Source: Bacilli bacterium (GTDB lineage: Bacteria; Bacillota_I; Bacilli_A; ML615J-28; CAG-698). Taken from it: 64,000 nucleotides of DNA. Within the stretch, counting starts at the first letter, position 1, and each line of letters begins with the position of its first letter. The notes beneath the pieces were generated by a model. That model made no database searches. It saw nothing but the letters and a program-made list of their open reading frames with translations, and was not told the origin of the DNA. Shown one piece after another: positions 57,647 through 64,000 of this stretch. Location: positions 10,383-74,382 of the forward strand of contig JAQVOS010000001.1 in assembly GCA_028702495.1 (NCBI GenBank), written 5' to 3'. Position numbers and translations under genes: made by a program.

Positions 57647-59432
57647 GCGCTTCACCTTCCTGATAGTATTTTCCTTGAACAACAAACATGTGATAGTATT
57701 CTTTTTTTAATCCCATGAGTTCATCATGGGTTCCATATTCTGCTAACTCTCCATGAGAGAAAAGGGCTATATGATCACAAAACTTGGTACTAGCCAAACG
57801 ATGGGAAATATAGATGGCTGTTTTATGGCTAACGAGTTCATTAAAGTTTTGATAAATTTCAGCTTCTGCCAAGGCATCAAGAGCGGCGGTTGGCTCATCT
57901 AAAATGATGGCGTTTCCATTTTTATAAAGCGCTCTTGCAATCAACAGTTTTTGATTCTCACCCCCGCTAAAAATAGCTCCATTTTCATCAATCACTTTTA
58001 ACATCATTGTGTCTAGTTTTTTAGGAAAGGCTTCCACTTTTTCCTTTAAACCAACTCGTTCTAAACAATCCCAAATTCGCACCTCATCATTGGAATGCTG
58101 GAGGGTAATGTTTTCACGAATGGTAAAGGCTAAAACATTGATGTCTTGAAATACAACCGAAAACATTTTATAATACTCTTCTTGATTAAAAGAATTGATA
58201 TCTACTCCATTAATGAGAATACGTCCTTCGGTTGGACGAAATAGTCTTGTAATGAGCTTCACAAGGGTTGTTTTTCCTGCTCCATTAATTCCAACAAAAG
58301 CAACCTTTTCTTTCGCATGGATGGTGAGATTTAAATCCTTGATGATCCATTGATCGGACTTTGGATATTTAAAACTGACTTGGTCAAATTGAATGGAAAA
58401 TGTCTCATCGATTAAGTGTGGTAATTCTCCAGTTTTTGTATTAAATTCTTTGGCCATAAATTCATAATAATCATTGACATATTGTCCTTCACCGACGATA
58501 AAAGAAAAATTTGTACTAACACTTTTAAACACGGTTGTGAGGGCTAAAGAAGCCCCGATATAGAGTGAGAAATCAGCAATGCTCATACCATCAATTACTT
58601 TTGTGATCAGAATATAATAGAGGAGAGCGTCCGCAATGAGGACAAACAACAAGTCGACAAGTGCAAGTAAAAATTCTTTGTTTTTAATCTTTCGGAAAAC
58701 CGTAATATAGCTTTTAATTTCTCCTAAGTAACTAGCAGCGATTTTATCTTGAAAGCGATATAAGCGAATATCTTTTCCATACGCGAAATCATGGGTCATA
58801 TTCGTAAAATAGTTTATTTTACGTCTTGCGTGTGCAAGAGGTTCTTTATGCTTATACTCGAACTTACGAGCGATAATCGAGCCCATTAATCCAATGGCAA
58901 CACTTGCGATAATGGCAACAAATACGAGCCAGTCAAGTTTTAAAATAATCACGGTATAAAAAATGATGGATATCATGTTCGCGAATAGAGGAAACAGTTG
59001 CATCATAATGGCTTCAAATCCTTCACTCGATCCATTAACAGCTCGTAGAGCATCTTCATTCGAATCAAGAAAAGCAGAGTCTTCCATATAGGGATAATCT
59101 AATAAATTAAATTTATGAAAAATATCTGTTAATAGATTAATTCGTACCGCAATGATATCTCCTCGTGCCACACTATTGATGTACTCCACAATGACGCTTA
59201 GAATGGCAATTCCAACAACAATCAGTCCAACCTTTAAAGCTAAATCGACATATCGTAGGGCGGGATCTAAAAGACCCGATATTACAATTTTTGGAATGTA
59301 AACCGCAATGACTGGTAAAAATCCCGCAATGAGGGTATAAATTGCGAAATAAATGAAAACTTGGGGTTTTGCTTTTTTGACCTCAAGAATAATTCTATTC
59401 ATTGTTTTATAAAAGGGATACTTTTTTTGCAT
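57633..59432 (-). CDS. ABC exporter, fused permease/ATPase (heterodimer partner A)
   Basis: Walker A GINGAGKTT, signature FSGGENQK, Walker B AIILDEPTA. Confidence 0.85.
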   Translation of the reverse strand: MQKKYPFYKTMNRIILEVKKAKPQVFIYFAIYTLIAGFLPVIAVYIPKIVISGLLDPALRYVDLALKVGLIVVGIAILSVIVEYINSVARGDIIAVRINLLTDIFHKFNLLDYPYMEDSAFLDSNEDALRAVNGSSEGFEAIMMQLFPLFANMISIIFYTVIILKLDWLVFVAIIASVAIGLMGSIIARKFEYKHKEPLAHARRKINYFTNMTHDFAYGKDIRLYRFQDKIAASYLGEIKSYITVFRKIKNKEFLLALVDLLFVLIADALLYYILITKVIDGMSIADFSLYIGASLALTTVFKSVSTNFSFIVGEGQYVNDYYEFMAKEFNTKTGELPHLIDETFSIQFDQVSFKYPKSDQWIIKDLNLTIHAKEKVAFVGINGAGKTTLVKLITRLFRPTEGRILINGVDINSFNQEEYYKMFSVVFQDINVLAFTIRENITLQHSNDEVRIWDCLERVGLKEKVEAFPKKLDTMMLKVIDENGAIFSGGENQKLLIARALYKNGNAIILDEPTAALDALAEAEIYQNFNELVSHKTAIYISHRLASTKFCDHIALFSHGELAEYGTHDELMGLKKEYYHMFVVQGKYYQEGEAHEGN

Positions 59433-59529
59433 GATTAAGAAGTCCTTCCAAATGATTCGTTTTCTTTTTTAGTTAGTTTAACACGATTTGTATATACATG
59501 TCAATCTATTTTTAATTACAAAAAAGTTA

Positions 59530-59565
59530 GATAATGCACTTATCTAACTCTTTTGTAATATTTAC
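59530..59565 (-). terminator. Rho-independent terminator (GTTAGATAA/TTATCTAAC stem + U-run on minus strand)
   Basis: 9-bp stem, 5-nt loop, plus-strand A-run upstream. Confidence 0.6.
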
Positions 59566-59855
59566 CTATTTCTTTTTCTTGTACTTAGCGAGTCGTTCTT
59601 GTTCAAGAGCTTTTTGTTCCTCTAGTTTGGCTTGCTTTACTTCAGATATTTTCATGATGGGAATAATGGCAACAAGCATGAGTAAACTAATGCCAAGAAA
59701 GACGAGTCCAAAGATATCTAAGGTCTGATATGCTGCGGTGATGTTGTCAGGATCGACTGATTGAACAATAAAACGAATGATGTAGTATAAGATGGCGACG
59801 AGGGCGAAACTCCCTGCAACCATATACCATACTTTTAAAAATTTGGTCTTCACAT
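59566..59855 (-). CDS. Small membrane protein (two TM helices, lysine-rich coiled C-terminal tail)
   Basis: GTG start 6 nt after AGGAGG RBS; the longer ORF-track version would overlap degV by 58 nt. Confidence 0.45.
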
Positions 59856-59863
59856 TATGCCTC

Positions 59864-60724
59864 CTATTTTTGTAATTTGTAATAACCAATTCCAAGGATT
59901 CCACATCCAATATGAGCTCCAACAGCTGGAGTAATCATATGAACTTCAATGGTTTTTTTGATGGTAATTTTTTCTTCTAATTCTTTTGCAAGTGCTTTTG
60001 CATCTTCTTCACGAACGGTGTGGAATACAAAGACTTTTAATTCTTTCGCATCTTTGATTTCATCTAAAATTAAGTTCTTAATCCGTTCAATGGCTGCATG
60101 ATGCGTTCTTACTTTTTCGAAACTGATGATTTTACCTTCTTTATTCATTTCAAGAACGGGTTTAATTCGCATAAGTCCGCCTAAAAAGCCAGCGGCACCA
60201 CTGATGCGGCCATTTTTCACAAGGTAACTAAGATCATCTACCACAAAATAAGCATGGCTATTATCGATGAGTTCGTAACTTCTTTTTAGAATTTCATCTA
60301 CGCTTGCATGTGATGCGGCCATTTCTTTTGCTGTGACAGCTAAAAAGCCTTGAAGGTATGTTGCTGTTTTGGTATCAACAACATGAATTTTTAATTTTCC
60401 TTCAAATTCATCCCGAAGTGTTTCGACCATTTGTCCGATGGAACTTAGCTGATAAGAGATTGAATACATAATCACATCGGTGTAGCCTTCACTAACTAGT
60501 TTTTCTAATAACTCCATGGCTTCCCCAACGGTTGGGGCTGATGTCGATGGAATGAAAGAATCTTGTTGTAAACGACGATAGAATTCCTCAGCGCGAATAT
60601 CAATACCGTCAACTAGGTGTTCGTGTTCGAAATTTATAATGGATCGAAGGACGGGAATTTCAGGATCCCGGCCAAGATAATCAAGACCCGCATTAACATC
60701 GGATATGATTGCTATTTTTTCCAT
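59864..60724 (-). CDS. DegV-family fatty-acid-binding protein (second paralogue)
   Basis: 286 aa; N-terminal KIAIISDVNAG. Confidence 0.8.
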   Translation of the reverse strand: MEKIAIISDVNAGLDYLGRDPEIPVLRSIINFEHEHLVDGIDIRAEEFYRRLQQDSFIPSTSAPTVGEAMELLEKLVSEGYTDVIMYSISYQLSSIGQMVETLRDEFEGKLKIHVVDTKTATYLQGFLAVTAKEMAASHASVDEILKRSYELIDNSHAYFVVDDLSYLVKNGRISGAAGFLGGLMRIKPVLEMNKEGKIISFEKVRTHHAAIERIKNLILDEIKDAKELKVFVFHTVREEDAKALAKELEEKITIKKTIEVHMITPAVGAHIGCGILGIGYYKLQK

Positions 60725-60768
60725 GGTTTCCTCCTAATGTATTATTATTATATCACAATTTCCTAACT

Positions 60769-63700
60769 TTACAAGCCTTCATTATAAAAATACTCTGGGT
60801 GTTCCTTCATATCTTCAAATAATGTTATAAACGTCCCAATCCATTTTTGATCTTTTTGCCGTTTGGGAAGAATGATATGAATTTTTCGTCCACGATATTC
60901 AAATTTAAAGAGGGGGCTAAGTTGGTTTGCGCGCTGGAATAATTTTGCTCCATTCATGGTCTCAGAACGTTCGCGCAAGAAGTGAACACGTACTTCATGT
61001 GGAGATTCTTTCACATCTTCAATTCCACATTGACTCATGAGATAGTCGAGATACTTTTTTTCCATGTAAAAAGCAATCTCTGGCGTCAATTTCCCAAAAC
61101 GATCCAAGAGTTCTTCTTTCAAGTGTTCTTTATCTTCTTTCGTTTTAATGCTTGCAATAGCTTTGTGAATATAAATTTTTACTTCATCATCACCCACATA
61201 AATCTCGTCCACATGTTTTGAAACTTCGATGTCCCATGATTTGTCTTCACTTTCGGGTTTTTTAATTCCTTGAGCTTCACGCATTGCATCAGCAAGTAAT
61301 TTCATATACATATCAAGTCCGATAGAATCGATAAAACCTGATTGTTCGCGTCCTAAAATGTCTCCAGCTCCACGGATGGCCAGGTCTCGAAGCGCAATCT
61401 TATATCCACTTCCAAGCGTTGTAAATTCTTTAATGGCATTGAGGCGTTTTGACCCCGATTCCGTTAATACCTTATTTTCTTCAAACATAAAGTAAGCATA
61501 GGATACTCGATCACTTCTACCAACACGTCCTCGAATTTGATACATCTGAGCAAGACCCAATCTATCTGCCATATCCACAATCAAGGTATTGGTATTGGGA
61601 ATATCAATTCCTGTTTCAATGATGGTGGTACAAAGTAAGACATCGTATTCGCGATCGATAAAAGCAGAAATCGCATCTTCTAAAGCAGTTCGATCCATTT
61701 GTCCATGAGCAATCAAAATACGTGCTTCCGGGACCAATCGTTGAAGACGGCGAAGAACACGATCAAGATCACTAATGCGATTATGCAAATAGAAGACTTG
61801 TCCCTCTCGTCCTAATTCGCGATAAATGGCTTCACGAATGATGGTATCATTTTGTTCAAGAACATAAGTTTGAACGGGATAGCGATTTTGGGGAGGAGTT
61901 TCAATGAGGGATAATTGACGAACGCCCATGAGGGCCATCTGGAGAGTCCGAGGAATGGGGGTGGCGGTTAAAGTTAAGACATTCACATTATGTTTAAGTT
62001 GTTTAATTTTTTCTTTATGAACAACCCCAAAACGTTGTTCCTCATCAACGATGAGCAATCCTAATTTTTTGAATCTTATCTCTTCGCCTAATAGTTTATG
62101 AGTACCAATTACAATATCGAGAACACCACTTTTGAGTTGTGTGGTCACTTCCCGCTGAACACTAGGGTCAACCATGCGATTGAGAAGACCTACACTCACG
62201 CCATAGGAAGCAAAGCGTTCTTTGAAGTTTAAGTAATGTTGTCGCGTAAGAATGGTAGTGGGGGCAAGATAGGCGACTTGTTCACCCGCTAAGACGGTTT
62301 TTAAGGCAATACGCATCGCAACTTCAGTTTTACCGTAACCGACATCACCGCACACCAATCGATCAACAATAATACCTTCTTCCATATCAGTTTTAATGGC
62401 TTCAATACTTTTTAATTGATCGGGTGTTTCAACATAATCAAAGTCTTCTTCAAAACTTTTTTGGATTTCATCATCAGCTCCATATTGCGTGCCTTTGGCT
62501 TCTTCCCTTAATGCTTGTACTTTAATCAAATCACGAGCAATACTTTCAAGTTTTTCTTTGACTCTGGCTTTTCTTTGTTCCCATTCTTTCGTACCAATTG
62601 CACTGAGTCGTGGGGTGCTTCCTTCGGTTCCTTGATATCGTTCTAGAAGATTGATTTTTTCAACTGGAATATAAAGCTCCATGTTCGAATAACGAAGCAT
62701 GATATAATCGTTTTTCACATCTTGTAATTCGACCGTTTTAATACCCAAATATTCCCCAATTCCATAATCGAAATGAACAACAAAATCACCAGGTTTTAGT
62801 TCATCCACATCATGGAGCGGACTGGCTTCTTGATAAGCACTACGATACTTTGCTTTACGAGGACGATACTTCTTAAAAATACTCGATTCATGAATCACTT
62901 CAAAGCCATCGGTAAAACCAAAACTAACACCATTAGGAACATGAGCAATCATGATTTTTTTGGATGAATATCTTCCATCATAAGGACTCGATTCAAGACC
63001 TCGATCTTTTAAAATTTCCTCCAATAAAGCAACCGTTTCTTTTGTCGATCCCGTTAATATAATAGGACGTGTAATGGTCTTTAAATCTAAGGATAAATTC
63101 TGTAAATCATTGGCATAATCAATGATGCTATATCCATGTAAGTCAAACATAAAATCAAGCGAATATCCCACCAAACTACTGCGAAATTCCGAAAGGAATA
63201 TTTGAGTTGAATGAAGCGGAAACATCGATGCAAAATCATCATAATATAAACATTTTATGGAAGATTTATTAGGTTTGTTTTGAAGATAATCTGTCACTTC
63301 TAAAACGAGTTTTTGATAACTTTCCTCACATCGCTTTACTTCTTCATAGAGAATTATTTTTTGGTCTAAATAGTCGAGTAAACTGCTGATTTTAGGACTC
63401 ACATATCCAATCAAACGATGAAGTCGATCGAGGTGTTGGTAATTCCGAAAATCACTAAAATCCTCTTCCATCGCATCGGTTGCACCCGCTTCACGAAGGC
63501 GTGCAATGATGGCTTCCGGATCTGAATAGATGAGTTCATTCATGGGGTCAATCGTCACTTCTTGAAGGGGTGTTTTTGTCTTTTGGGTGATGGGGTCATA
63601 GGTCTTAATATATTCAATTTCGATATCGAATAAATCAACACGAATGGGTTCATCACGATTAATTGGAAAGATATCAATGATTTCTCCACGCACAGAAAAT

Positions 63701-63999
63701 TCACCCACAGCCTGAGTGATGCCTACTTTTCGATACCCACTCTCGACGAGTTTTCGAATGAATTCCTTGGGGTTGATGGTACTATTTTTTTGAAGCGTGA
63801 TGATGTGGTCGAGGATGACCTCAGGAGGTAAAAGGGGACGTACTAGAGCTCCGACATGAGTCACGATAATCTTTGCTTGATGAGACAAAATTGCGTTCAC
63901 TGTATGGAGACGCTCATAGCGAAATTCATTCGAAGCCGCTAGTAACTCCGTTGCAACAACATCATCAGTTGCATAAAAATGTACCGATTCATATCCCAT
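60769..63999 (-). CDS. mfd: Transcription-repair coupling factor Mfd (N-terminus probably extends beyond window end)
   Basis: Superfamily-2 helicase motifs (GDVGYGKTEV, DEEQRFG, TATPIPRT), CarD/TRCF domain, C-terminal TRCF domain; in-window ATG at the very edge is probably internal because Mfd normally carries about 70-100 further N-terminal residues. Confidence 0.85.
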   Translation of the reverse strand: MGYESVHFYATDDVVATELLAASNEFRYERLHTVNAILSHQAKIIVTHVGALVRPLLPPEVILDHIITLQKNSTINPKEFIRKLVESGYRKVGITQAVGEFSVRGEIIDIFPINRDEPIRVDLFDIEIEYIKTYDPITQKTKTPLQEVTIDPMNELIYSDPEAIIARLREAGATDAMEEDFSDFRNYQHLDRLHRLIGYVSPKISSLLDYLDQKIILYEEVKRCEESYQKLVLEVTDYLQNKPNKSSIKCLYYDDFASMFPLHSTQIFLSEFRSSLVGYSLDFMFDLHGYSIIDYANDLQNLSLDLKTITRPIILTGSTKETVALLEEILKDRGLESSPYDGRYSSKKIMIAHVPNGVSFGFTDGFEVIHESSIFKKYRPRKAKYRSAYQEASPLHDVDELKPGDFVVHFDYGIGEYLGIKTVELQDVKNDYIMLRYSNMELYIPVEKINLLERYQGTEGSTPRLSAIGTKEWEQRKARVKEKLESIARDLIKVQALREEAKGTQYGADDEIQKSFEEDFDYVETPDQLKSIEAIKTDMEEGIIVDRLVCGDVGYGKTEVAMRIALKTVLAGEQVAYLAPTTILTRQHYLNFKERFASYGVSVGLLNRMVDPSVQREVTTQLKSGVLDIVIGTHKLLGEEIRFKKLGLLIVDEEQRFGVVHKEKIKQLKHNVNVLTLTATPIPRTLQMALMGVRQLSLIETPPQNRYPVQTYVLEQNDTIIREAIYRELGREGQVFYLHNRISDLDRVLRRLQRLVPEARILIAHGQMDRTALEDAISAFIDREYDVLLCTTIIETGIDIPNTNTLIVDMADRLGLAQMYQIRGRVGRSDRVSYAYFMFEENKVLTESGSKRLNAIKEFTTLGSGYKIALRDLAIRGAGDILGREQSGFIDSIGLDMYMKLLADAMREAQGIKKPESEDKSWDIEVSKHVDEIYVGDDEVKIYIHKAIASIKTKEDKEHLKEELLDRFGKLTPEIAFYMEKKYLDYLMSQCGIEDVKESPHEVRVHFLRERSETMNGAKLFQRANQLSPLFKFEYRGRKIHIILPKRQKDQKWIGTFITLFEDMKEHPEYFYNEGL

Positions 64000-64000
64000 A

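Noticed and set aside
59856-59922. Longer form of small membrane protein ORF overlapping degV by 58 nt
   Set aside because: No RBS; an AGGAGG-N6-GTG start at 59855 gives a non-overlapping gene
60769-63999. Treating the ATG at 63997-63999 as the true mfd start
   Set aside because: Mfd proteins normally have about 70-100 additional N-terminal residues; the ORF is open to the window edge, so the gene is called partial
1-64000. Searched by eye for CRISPR repeats, tRNA/rRNA signatures, transposase/integrase genes and prophage blocks
   Set aside because: None found: no spaced direct repeat arrays, no tRNA T-arm/CCA-like conserved blocks in intergenic regions, no recombinase motifs

Overview
The window is AT-rich and densely packed with about 56 protein-coding genes, about 50 of them on the minus strand. 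This looks like a low-GC Bacillota (Firmicutes) chromosome, probably from an anaerobe. I saw no rRNA, tRNA, CRISPR array or transposase.

Main features:

- **Arginine/ornithine catabolic operon (9724-20585, minus).** One co-directional run of about 11 kb reads arcA-arcB-arcC-ord-ortA-ortB-oraS-oraE-(mutL-like)-orr, with 2-4 nt ATGA-type overlaps between genes. It joins the arginine deiminase pathway to the B12-dependent oxidative ornithine (Stickland) pathway. A creatininase-family gene trails it.
- **C30-carotenoid-like cluster (20691-25708, minus).** It contains a CrtO-like acyltransferase, a CrtQ-like GT2, and two CrtN/CrtP-family FAD desaturases. No dehydrosqualene synthase (crtM) is in the window. 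One desaturase carries an unusual C-terminal cysteine-rich extension resembling a GltD/NfnB-type Fe-S domain.
- **Origin-proximal genes (33155-37466).** mnmG-rsmG-parA-mscS-DUF951, with no parB beside parA.
- **Copper and redox genes.** A csoR-copA copper module has a recognisable CsoR operator sitting inside a consensus promoter. nfnAB is present, as is a thioredoxin-reductase-like gene next to a double-CxxC thioredoxin-fold gene.
- **ABC exporters.** Three heterodimeric ABC exporter pairs plus one further exporter lie in the window.
- **Uncharacterised operons.** These include EAL-DUF697-hydrolase-ABC, a YcaQ-like glycosylase with DUF554 and an ABC pair, a zinc-ribbon membrane protein plus partner behind their own promoter, and a membrane-anchored GNAT coupled to a CxxC lipoprotein.
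- **Surface protein.** A 1092-aa protein combines purple-acid-phosphatase, dockerin, Ig-like and beta-helix regions.
- **Regulatory signals.** Two copies of the palindrome GTAACATATGTTAC flank the promoter of a Crp/Fnr-family regulator gene. Several consensus sigma-A promoters and rho-independent terminators are marked. A roughly 250-bp element between convergent genes is bounded by inverted palindromic repeats.

All functional calls come from reading motifs in the translations and from gene context. No database search was run.
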